A stretch of 64,000 nt of DNA. Origin: Azolla caroliniana (taxonomy: Eukaryota > Plantae > Polypodiophyta). The notes below the pieces were generated by a model that did no database searches, had not been told where the DNA came from, and saw only the letters and a list, made by a program, of their open reading frames with translations. Made by a program: the position numbers and the translations under genes. The stretch covers positions 18,600,001 to 18,664,000 of the forward strand of contig JBHGNT010000006.1 of the NCBI GenBank assembly GCA_043228905.1, in the 5' to 3' direction. How positions within the stretch are numbered: position 1 is the stretch's first letter; each line of letters opens with the position of its first letter. Positions 1 through 10,427 of the stretch are shown in pieces.

Positions 1-3000
1 TTACCGGACGAGGAAGTCGAGCTGTACCTCGAGGAACACCCACGAATCATCCCACTATTTGAGGTGGATATCACGGCGGCAGTAGAACCGTACATTACAA
101 CGCCGGATGAACCGGACCAAGCGGCGATCCGGGAACTGCGACAAGCGCAGGAATCCCTAGAGAGGGAAATGACGATATCCCAGAGGGTAAAAGCATCCCA
201 ACTAGAGGAGGTGGACCTCGGCACAGCAGACAAGCCCCGACCGGTAAATGTTGCAAAGGAATTGCCGAAGGAAGAAAAGAAGGCAATGGTATCATTATTA
301 ACAGACTTCAAGGATGTGTTCGCGTGGTCGTACGAAGACATGTGAGGGCTGAACCCCCAGCTCTATCAGCACCAAATTCACCTAAGTACGGACGCGAAAC
401 CGATCGCTCAACGCAAGTACCGGATGAATCCGAATTATGCGGCGAAGGTGAAGGAGGAAATTGATAAGCCCCTCCGGGTCGGATTTATCCGGCCGGTCAA
501 GCAGGCAACCTGGCTAAGTCCGATAGTGGTGGTCCCGAAAAAGAACGGCAAAATCCGGGTATGCGTGGACTATCGCAAACTAAATGCCGCAACAGTGACC
601 GATACGTTTCCACTACCATTTACGGACGGGGTGTTAGATGCGGTAGCCGGCCACGAAGTTTACAGCTTCCTGGATGGATTTAGCGGCTACAACCAAATAC
701 GAATGCACCCGACCGACCAGGAGAAGACAGCGTTCATTACGGAATGGGGCGTGTTCGTCGCGGTCGTGATGATGTTCGGACTAAAGACGGCTCCAGCGAC
801 CTTTCAAAGGATAATAATGGAAATTTTCGGGGAATATATCCCCGGTTTTATGCAGGTCTTCCTTGACGATTTCGCGGTCTACAACCGGCACGGAGAGCAT
901 CTCGATCACCTCCGGCTGTGCTTGGAGAAGTGCCGCGAGTACCGATTGAGCCTGAACCCGGCCAAGTGCGTCTTTGGAGTGGCAAGCGGCAACTTACTAG
1001 GGCACGTGGTGAGTAAGGAAGGAATCGCGGTAGATCCGGATAAAGTCAAGGTGATTCTCGAGGCACCAGCACCAAATAACGCAAAGGCTTTAAGCCGGTT
1101 CCTGGGCCAAATAAGGTGGCATAGCCGGATGATACGACACCTCGCAGACTTCGCTACACCATTACATACCGCCGTACACAGGGTACCCTTCCTATGGGCG
1201 GAGATGGAGGAGGAAAGCCTACCAAGCGTTGAAGGTTATGTTGTCCCACGCTCCGGTGGTGCAACCGCCGGATTGGAGTAAAAGCTTTCATGTCTTCGTC
1301 GACGCGTCGGACATAGCAATCGGCAGCGTTCTGATGCAACTCACGGAGCCGAAATGGTACCGACCGGTGTACTACGCAAGCCGGAAACTCTCAAAAGCAG
1401 AACGGAATTACTCTACGACGGAACGCGAGGCATTGGGAATGGTGTATAGTGTCACAAAGTACAGGCACTATCTGCTCGGAAGGAAGTTTTCCTTCCATGT
1501 CGACCATTCGGCACTACTCTACCTGGTCTCGAAGGCATCCCTGACGGGAAAAATTGCACGATGGACACTGCTGTTACAGGAATTTGAATTCGACATTTTC
1601 CACCGACTTGGGGCGCAGCATGCGGTAGCGGACTACCTAAGCAGACTCGAATCCGGAGAAGCAGGGGACGGCGTCCAGGATGAGTTCCCCGACGCCGAGT
1701 TGTTCCGGATCACGACGAAACCGGCAACGGATGCAACGGTAGCCGATGAAGACACGTGGCTAACTGAGATGCATCAGTTCCTGAGCACCGGAGTTCCCCC
1801 GGAGAACATGGACCGCGATGAAAGGAAAAGGGTAGCAGTAAGAAGCAGACATTTCTGCTTGGTTGGAGACACCCTCTATCACAAGGGGGAAGATGGCATC
1901 TGGAGACGAGCAGTGCGGAGCGATGAGAAGGATTTAATCCTCAGGGAAGCCCACTGTGGAATTGCCGGCAGGCATTATGCCGGCGACGCAACCGCTCGGA
2001 AAATATGGTAGAGCGGATTGCGGTGGCCCACCACCCTAAAAGATGTCGTGAAGTATAGCAGAGAATGCGATTTGTGTCAACGATTGGGCCAACCCACGGA
2101 GCAGGCCTGGATGCCACACCACCCGGTCTTGCCTTTGGAACCGTTTCAAAAGTGGGGGTTGGACTTTATCGGTCCCTTCAAGCCACCGGCAATGCGAACC
2201 GGAAATCGGTATGTCATAGTTGCAACCGACTATTGCACCAAATGGGTAGAAGCAAAGGCCTTACGGGACAACACGGCCGCGTCCACGGCAAAGTTTCTGT
2301 ACGAGTGCATATGGTGCCGGTATGGATGCCCGATCGAGCTTATAAGTGACCAAGGAGGACATTTTCTCGGGCAGGTATTAGAAAGCCTGACGTCATTTTA
2401 CGCGGTGGTACATAAAAGGAGTACTCCCTACTACCCTCAAGCCAATGGACTAGCGGAATCAACAAACAAAACTCTGTAGAACATCCTACGAAAAATTGTC
2501 AACGAGAACCGGACCGACTGGGATACAAAATTGCAAAGCGCACTATGGGCGTACCGAACAACGTACAAAACCAGCATCCGGACAACCCCGTTCCGACTAG
2601 CATTCGGTTTAGAAGCGGTCATGCCGGTAGAGTTCCAGATCCCCAGCTTACGGATCCAGGTAAAGGAGCGCTTAAGTGAGAAGGAGTCCGAACGAATCCG
2701 GTTGGCGACGTTGTTGGAATTAGATGAAAACCGAATAGCCAGCTTACTACAACTCGAACTGGAGCAAAGGAGGAGAAAAGCTTTCGTGGACCAACACCGG
2801 CATGGCAACGAAAAGGAGTTCGAAGTCGGGAAACCGGTGCTACTATTCCAGACACAGATGGGGAACATGCCGGGAAAGTTGCGGTTTCGGTGGACCGGAC
2901 CGTTCTGGATCACCAAGGAGTACAATGGGTCGTATCAGCTCGGCACGTTGTCGGGAGATGTCATCGGTAAGTGGGCAAATGGGTTTCGGCTAAAGCCGTA

Positions 3001-3205
3001 TAAGGGGAATATGCCAGCCAACCCGTTCAAGCAAAACCCGGAAATCCGGCAAGATGAGGAACCGACACCGACAGACGCTGCTGAAGATATTCGGACCGAG
3101 GAAGAACCAACACCGATACTGACAAAGACTATCCCGGAAAACCGACAGAAGGATCTGGTATCCACGCGAACTGACCCGAACAAATCGGGGGGGACCAGCA
3201 AATGA
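1..3205 (+). pseudogene. Disrupted pol of A (RT 424-1281, RNase H 1229-2011, integrase 2018-3205)
   Basis: RT motifs VCVDYRKLN, LDGFSGYNQI, MMFGLKTAPATFQ, FLDD; RNase [22 protein letters not shown]; integrase HHCC, WGLDF, ISDQG, PQANGLAE, GPF. Several in-frame stops and one frameshift. Confidence 0.93.
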
Positions 3206-3406
3206 CGTGGTCCAAACAAAGAAGAAAAAAAAAACGTGGGCAAAATCGACGTGAATCATAGTAGTGATGAGGAGATCACAAGAGGTGGGAGCGCCACCAT
3301 GCAACGAAGAGGCGCCATGCATTAAAGAAGGACGTGTGCGTACTTGCTATTTAAAGCATGGAACGTGGGCACTCACACGCGGCAAACAAGAAAGGACATA
3401 CTAATT

Positions 3407-6400
3407 ATGGCGGGAGAGGAACATGCGCGGGAAACGAAAAAGGGCGGCTCGAGGAAAATGCCAGTATATAAGACACAGGCCTGCGAAGGACTCACTTTTT
3501 ACGAATTTTCCTACACACAGGCGCAGAAGCACAGAAGAGTGATCCGACGCACAGTGCACACACAGCCCGATCCCGAACAACAGACAGCAGAGGAAGAATT
3601 CGAAACAATGGTACTATCGGAGGAGGCACACCAATGGATGAGGGAGAACGGGTTAAAAGGATTGTTGCGGATCGCCGACGCTCCACCACACGCAGAACCA
3701 GAGCAGGCGGCAGCATCGATCGATTTATCAGAAATCACGGAAGGAGCGGTGCAGGCGCTCACGGGGATAAAAGCAAGAGGGCTTCAAACAATCGAAAACC
3801 CTTCAAGTGAAATCCTGTTCGAATATTTCGGTGAGTATTCTATCAGCAGCAAGGCATACCGAACACAGGGCGGAGAGAACCTGCTGTTCGGAGAAGTGGC
3901 CCGCGCCATGATGGAATACGGATTCGTGAATCCTCGTCCCCCGACCATAGCCAGGTACCGGGCAGCGTTCTTAATAGCAGCATACGAAGGATTACAAGTA
4001 GACTGGCTCCATTTCATAACCGAAGGATTGAAGGAGGCCATCAAGAATCTTGTGGAAGGAAAAAAGCCATGGGCCGAGATAGCACAATGGCTAACAGTGT
4101 TAGTCCCACCGGTGCTCCCCATCACACAAAAGAAAAGAGGTCGGCAGGAGACAACGCCGAAAAAGGTCACAAAGCGCCGACAGATCCTGGAGAAACACAC
4201 CCCTGGATGGACCCAGCAAGAAGCAGAACAGCGGGGGGAAGGACCATCCCGACAGCAACAGGAACCGGCAACAAAGGCAAAACTGGCAGGAAAAGGCAAA
4301 GGGAAATCGGCCGAGGAGGAACCGGTACCGCGCAAACCAATCAATATAACGTTGCGACGGCCGGAACCGGAACCAGAGGTCTTTATACAAAATGTCCGTC
4401 TGGTAGCCGCACCGGAGGAGGAAGCTGAAACAGAAGACTCATCCGAACCACTGGTAAGACTCCCAGCAAGACAAGGTCTGGAGAGACGGGCGAAAGGACC
4501 GGCTCCACCAGTTGACAAAACTCAGCAGAGGGTGCAAGGACCACCTCCAGTAGCCGAGGCGGAAGCAATACCGGAACCCGTACCGAGGGAAGCAGCACCG
4601 ACACCGGTTGTGTCGGACTTCAGAGAACCGGTCATCCCAGAGAAGAAGAATGAACAAGCGCCGGAGCCAGAGAAAAGGCCGGAAAAACAGCCTGAGTTAA
4701 GGAGTAGAAGTGAGCAAGGCCACCCTGATACAGGAAGAACAAAGCCACAATGGCTGAGATGGCTTTCGGAGCAGTTATCGGGAGTAGCGGACCAGTTAGA
4801 GGAAGAAGAAACGTGTAGGCAACAGCTGACGCATACAACAACTCAAGAGTTGGTTGCGCTCCGAACACAGATCGAGGAAATGCAAGGGGAGCTGTTGCAG
4901 GCAAGGGAAGGAATTCAACAAGCACAAGTTGTCACCGAGCCGGTCGGGACAACAAGGAAGCAACCAGAACCGGAACCGGAACCTGTAGCCTTGCAAACCG
5001 GCCCTGAGACCGAAAAAATAATAGAAACCTTACGAGAGGAGTTAAAAGCTCAGGAGGCATTAAGGGAAAGAGAAAGGGAGCAGCGGAAAGCGGTGGAGGA
5101 CGACAGACGAAAAATGGAAGAAGGCCTCCGGAAAGGTCGAGCCACTAATGACCGACTGCAAGAAGAAAAAGAGAAGCTGCAAAAGGAGAAGGACCGACTG
5201 CGTCGACATGCCGAGCAGGAGATAGAACGACTGCAGGAAGAACTCCGACAATAGAAGGATCGGGACGATCGGTTAAGAGCTCAGGCAAACCGACGCCTGA
5301 AGCAGAAGACAGAGGACTTCGACCATCTCTACCGAGATCACAAGCAGGCCGAGTCGGACAACAAGAAACGGGCAGCAGACTACGACCGGCAAATAGAGAA
5401 GCTGAAAGAACAGCTCAAAGAGACCCGATTAGACCTGGCTAAGGCAATAGATGAGGTCAGTGCCAACAAGGAAGCATTGTCGGTGGAAATAGCCCAAGCA
5501 ACGGAGAGAAGGAAGGAATTAGAGGCGCTAAGGCGGGAAAAGCCGGATCTGACCAAGATCAGGACTGAAGAAAAGGAAAAATCGACCTTCACGATCAGCA
5601 AACTGCAAAGTACCTATGAAAAGCAGAAAGCGGATTACGAGGCCCAGGCTCAGATAATGGCCGACATTATAAAACGGGCAAGGAAGGAAAAGAAAGAAGC
5701 TTATGTGCATGCTAAGGCGGGGGTTGACCGGATCAAGCTCATCATGTCAGGTTGGAGTACCCGAGCTCAGGCAAGCATCAACGAAAGTACGGAAAAGCTA
5801 TGGAAGGAGTGGTCACAACAGGCAGCCGAGCTGTAGACACTCCAAGCGGATGCCGAGAATCGGAGGAAGACCGGTGACAAGTTCTACAAGATGGATGAAG
5901 AAAGTATCGTCGCCATTCGGGAAGAATTGTCGGAGGATTTCTACGCTTTAGCGGAAGAACATCTCAAAGAAATCCGAGGGTTGGTAGAGAGGTTGGATGA
6001 CGGGCAGCTCGCAACTCAGTTGGAGTTGGAGAAATACGAGCAGGACCGGTTACGACAGGAAGCCAAGGGAAGAACGACACCAATCACTATAAGTGAGGGA
6101 GAGCGACCGGCTAAAGTTGAACCAACCGACACCGAACAACCCCGACGAGGAATACCCGAAGAAGAACTTCCGTTCGAAGGAGAAGAAGAAGAGCAGGAGC
6201 AGACCGATGCCGGAGAAGAAGAAGAGCTGAGACCGAAAGACACCAAAGCAGAGGAAGAAGGCGTACCGAGCCGACCAGTCGAGACCGGAGAAAGCGACAC
6301 TAGTAACAGAATAGAGCCTGGAACGGAGGGAGAACAGGAAGAACCCGGATGAAGCGGTGAGGAAGCACCGGTACCACAAAACCAAGCAGAGCCGGAACAG

Positions 6401-6529
6401 CAAATTTTTACGGAACAGTCCACCCAACCGGAGGTCGGAGACCAGGCAGGCAAGGAACCGGAATTGGAGGAAGAAGCACCACTTGACACCATCGAGCAAA
6501 GTGTGCTCGATATTTTGGAGGAAGAATGA
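3407..6529 (+). pseudogene. Extra 3' ORF of A (~1040 aa; globular N-terminus, Pro/Glu-rich linker, long coiled coil, acidic tail), 3 premature stops
   Basis: ORFs 3344-5254, 5477-5836, 5891-6352 and the stretch to the TGA at 6527-6529 share one frame. Stops TAG, TAG, TGA fit C>T changes. Homologous ORFs in C and E end in IL(E/D)EE*. Confidence 0.8.
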
Positions 6530-6579
6530 GACCGGGAGTGGATTCGAAGTGCAAGGCACTTTCCCACGGGCGTGCCATG

Positions 6580-7394
6580 TGTTGGCCGGTCAGAAGAGCA
6601 AGGACAAGTGGGAAGGCGGAGTCGGATCGGATAATAGGAAGTAAATGATAGTAGAATTATTATTCAGAGGGACGGATCCGGTACAGTTGTACCGATCCGG
6701 ATCCGGACCGATTCGGATGTCGGTTGCCTAAGCGCACCGATTGTAACCTTGCCGGATGCCTATAAAAGGATCCGATGATTTGTAAAAGGCTTTGACGGAA
6801 GTAATACAAAAGTAATTATTGCGTGTTTATCTGTATTTTCGTATTGTTTACCGTCTGTGCTTAATTGTAATCATCTTACGCGTGTAACCTATGTTGTTCT
6901 CTGACCGGACAAGGCCTAACACAAGGTGTCACGGAGACACTTCACCAAAGGGTGATTACGGCATAGGATTATGACTCAACGATTACACCGACCTAAGTAG
7001 GTTACACGATTAGAGCGCTTTTGTTAATTACACGCGTAAGATATAACAGTAAGTACAGAACGGAAATCAACACAAAAGTATAAACACCATACGCTCTATT
7101 AATTATCCGCTGCGATTACAATGGGCTCCGGGCCTTTAAATAGGTTTCCGGTCCGTAGTACAAAACGGCGCCTATCGCACCTATTCGGGATCCGTCCGGA
7201 TCTGGAACGGCATACCGTTTCCAATCCGTCCGTCCATACTATGCTTATTTACAACCATACTTAATTAATTCCTTCACTCCGTATTTTGGACTCTTTGCCG
7301 GCCGGTAACAACCTAGCATCCAATCCTTACCACCCCTTTGGAGAAGTGTCGGATAGACACCTGTGTTGAGGCTAGTCCGGCCAGGCAGACAACA
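6580..7394 (+). repeat. 3' LTR of A (6580-6891 plus 7311-7394), split by a solo LTR
   Basis: Starts TGTTGGCCGG, ends GACAACA, TATAAAA near 6761; similar to the LTRs of C. Confidence 0.85.
6892..7310 (-). mobile_element. Solo LTR of an A/C-related gypsy family, inverted
   Basis: TG...CA termini, perfect 5-bp TSD ACCTA (6887-6891, 7311-7315), collinear similarity with the C LTR at 18941-19373. Confidence 0.92.
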
Positions 7395-7693
7395 CCTCTT
7401 CCATCTTTATATAAGGAGGAGAGAAATATGTATAAGGTTGTTGATTAATATACAAGGATTCATCAATCTAATATATTCGTGGGATTCACGAATTTTGCCA
7501 TCTAAATTACTCTTATAATCTAAATATTGTTTTAAATACACTAAACTCGTGGGATTCACGAGATTGCTATCTTACTTCTCTTTCTACTATTCATAACTAG
7601 CCTTAAGTTGTATTCCTCTTCCTCCTAGTCCAAAACCTCAGCGGTTCCCACCCGACTCACGCAACAATCTAGAGCCGAAAGGCACGACGCAGT

Positions 7694-7711
7694 TGGTGAA
7701 CCCGACGTGAA
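7694..7711 (+). promoter_or_regulatory. Primer binding site, tRNA-Trp (element X)
   Basis: Complementary to the plant tRNA-Trp 3' end as I recall it (TTCACGTCGGGTTCACCA). Same PBS in H, I and J. Confidence 0.85.
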
Positions 7712-7802
7712 AACCCGGGTGGCAAGGAGATGGAAAATCAACCGGAGGCTAGCAACATGATGATGATGTTCAAGCAAGCATCCATGGGCTACGACAACAA
7801 AA

Positions 7803-8170
7803 TCCGACATGGGAGGCGTTTGAAGAAGAGCTAAAGAGGACGTTCGCCATCAAGGATTCTTCCAAGGCGACGCGAAGGGGATTCGAAGATTGGGTGGAGA
7901 CGCCGGACAAGGGATTGAAGGTCGTTGATGTGTTTTCGGCATTCGAAAGCCGGTTCGGGAGGTTGTCCGCGAGAGATCAAGCTATCCTCGTACCGGACAA
8001 GGTGATCATGTTCTTGCGAGCCGTGGACGTCTGGGACCGGAAAGATCTCGGAGTGCTCTTGGAGGACACGACCACGAAGAGTGGCCTCACCGAAACATGG
8101 GAAAGCGTGCGAGATATTGTCGCGCGATACACGAAGAGGGTGGAATAGCTTCCCAACGAGGAAGAGAGGG
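7803..8170 (+). pseudogene. gag fragment of X
   Basis: RRGFEDWV...VPDKVIMFL...DRKDLGVLLED matches I gag RRAFMDWV...VPDKVILFL...DRKDLGMLLED. Confidence 0.82.
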
Positions 8171-9219
8171 TGTCTTGCCTTTCGGCTCCGGATCGTTGCG
8201 TGAGTCGGGTGGGAACCGCCGAGGTTTTGGACTAGGAGGAAGAGGAATACAACTTAAGGCTAGTTATGAATAGTAGAAAGAGAAGTAAGATAGCAATCTC
8301 GTGAATCCCACGAGTTTAGTGTATTTAAAACAATATTTAGATTATAAGAGTAATTTAGATGGCAAAATTCGTGAATCCCACGAATATATTAGATTGATCA
8401 ATTCTTGTATATTAATCAACAACCTTATACATATTTCTCTCCTCCTTATATAAAGATGGAAGAGGCTAAGCATGGCTTCATGCTTTTTCACCAAAAGTGT
8501 CCATGCACACTAAATGTGCATGTGATGTGATGCTTTTTCATTTCCTAAGTATAGGGCTCATGCACGCTAGATGTGCATGAGTCACTTTTAATGTCACGTG
8601 TAAATAAAATATTCACACCCTAAAGAATACATGATTTTTACCTTTTAATAAAGGTATGTGTAAATAAAGGTCTTATACGTGGAGGTGCAGGGTTTGAATC
8701 TTGCCCTATGGACGTGATAAATATTTTGATATATTATTTATTTATTTATATGTATCTAAAATCGGATATATTATTTTATGGTTTTCACGTAGTGTGTGGA
8801 ATACACTATGATAACGCTAGTATAATGATAAGGCTTAAGATTATTAACATGGAGGTGCAAGGTTCGAATCTTGCCCTATGCATGTTATATATATTTTTAT
8901 ACTTTCTTCTATTTACAAATACGTCTCTTCATCCGGTGAGAGACTCTCACAGGCCTTCTTCATCCGGCTCTTTCCGGTTCTGCTTCATCCGGTGCTTGAT
9001 TGTTTTCTTTGTCCGGTTCTTACCGGGACCTCCTTACCGATCTCTTCGTCCGTTTCTCACCGACTCTCACTAGCCTTCTTCATCCGGCTCTTGCCAGGTC
9101 TCCTTGCCGGTTTCGGTCCTTACCGGTTCCTTCTTCCGGTTCTCACTGGGTACTCCATGTCCTATCTGGAGAGACCAAAAATGTAATTTTTCACGTAGTG
9201 TACGAATTACACTACGACA
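8171..9219 (-). repeat. Full-length LTR (~1049 bp) of family X, inverted
   Basis: On the minus strand it starts TGTCGTAG (like the TGTCGTG starts of H, I, J) and ends GGCAAGACA; copia gag sequence resumes at 9220. Confidence 0.78.
8818..8876 (+). promoter_or_regulatory. tRNA-like Pol III A/B-box module in X LTR (antisense to the element)
   Basis: A-box-like TAGTATAATGA at 8818, B-box GGTTCGAATCT at 8861 within a GCAAG/CTTGC stem. Degenerate second B-box at 8691. Confidence 0.55.
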
Positions 9220-9897
9220 ACGGCGTTTGAAGAGGTCAATTCAACCCATCACACAAAGGGAACTCAAACCTTCACGAAAGCCATCGAGGAACCTTCGGAA
9301 GAAGGGGGACCTTCCACGCCGAACATGGTCGGCAAACGAGGCCCACAACTTGCAACTATTGCGGCAAAATCGGCCACCGCAAGGAGGAATGCCGAAAAAG
9401 AAGAAGCGAGTCGGCTTCCACAAGTCGACAGCACCTAAATTATGTTGTCAACTCCGAATACGATGATGACAGCGGACTATTCCTAATGAGGCATAGAGCG
9501 AACTCTATGTCGGCCTCCAACTCCACAAGCACCTCCAACTCAGAAGACATGTGGTTCGTCGACTCCGGCGCCTCACATCACATGAGATCTCATGAAGAGT
9601 GGTTTCGTGACTTGCGTACACCGGACCGACCCGGCTTCATAGAGACGGGAGACGACACCACACACCCCATTCGGCAAATCGGCAATGCCCATTCGGGAAA
9701 GAAGGCGAGCAAACTTGCATCAAGAATGTCTTGCACGTGCCCACAACAACGAAGAATTTGGTCTCGGTCGGCCAAATCGTGGAGCAAGGCATGCAAGTCC
9801 GCTTCAACAACGAAGGTTGTTTCATTGAGAAAGATGGCCGACTCATAGCTAAGGGGCGGAGAGACGGTCGAATGTTCATCCTTGATTCAAACGAGGT
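9220..9897 (+). pseudogene. Ty1/copia gag-protease fragment Z (apparent oldest layer)
   Basis: Zinc knuckle CNYCGKIGHRKEEC, protease WFVDSGASHHM, HVPTTTKNLVSVGQ; similar to D at 14000-14680. Confidence 0.85.
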
Positions 9898-10323
9898 TGT
9901 TGAGCGGCAAGCTCAACCGGATCCGAATCAGCTGAATAAGCCTAAGCCGGATCGGCATCCAGAAGGATGAGCCGGTGAGCAAGTGTGCCGGGGAGATGGG
10001 GAGCCGGTTCGTCGGATTGAGCAGTAACCGGAAGCCTAGTAGCAACCTAGACTACTACGTAGTTAATGACTCGTAGTTAGTGTCAGAAGCTCGTGTGAGC
10101 ATTGAAGTACATTGTACTTCTGTCAGTCCTCTTAGGACTTGTATAAATAGTGTTGTTGAGCACGTTGTATGCATAGAGAACTATTATTGTGTTTTAATAG
10201 ATTATTAACGTTCTACTCATTCTCTGTCTCTCCCGCGTACACTCTGTGTATATTCAAGCTCTCCATTAAACCTGCGTTTCTCTATTTGGGTTTCTATTGC
10301 TTCTGCACGTTATTCCTTTTTCA
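9898..10323 (+). repeat. 5' LTR of B
   Basis: TGTTGAG...TTTTCA followed by Met PBS; U3 close to 29871-30160. Confidence 0.88.
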
Positions 10324-10335
10324 TGGTATCAGAGC
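10324..10335 (+). promoter_or_regulatory. Primer binding site, tRNA-iMet (element B)
   Basis: TGGTATCAGAGC directly after the LTR. Confidence 0.9.
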
Positions 10336-10427
10336 TCGAGGGTTGAGAACCTCTGCAGACGACATCAACATTTGAAGACAAACCCTAAGACCCGGTAAGA
10401 ACAAATAGAGAAGTGATAGACAAAGGG

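Larger units (their letters stand above)
1..7394 (+). mobile_element. Ty3/gypsy LTR retrotransposon A (non-chromovirus type with 3' extra ORF); 5' part outside window
   Basis: Domain order RT-RNaseH-INT, then extra ORF, then 3' LTR TG...CA (6580-7394). Homologous throughout to complete element C. Right flank CCTCT is the presumed TSD inside the LTR of X. Confidence 0.93.
7395..9219. mobile_element. Remnant X of a tRNA-Trp-primed gypsy family: forward partial LTR, PBS, gag fragment, inverted full LTR
   Basis: 7395-7689 is the reverse complement of 8171-8465. PBS TGGTGAACCCGACGTGAA at 7694-7711. Gag fragment is homologous to I gag. Confidence 0.82.

Noticed and set aside
3407-6529. Retroviral env gene or captured host myosin/SMC-like gene
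   Set aside because: No signal peptide or transmembrane segment is visible. The coiled-coil resemblance is compositional, and the ORF holds the same position in three elements.
8171-9219. Ordinary solo LTR
   Set aside because: Flanks do not form a TSD and the host sequences on the two sides are unrelated.
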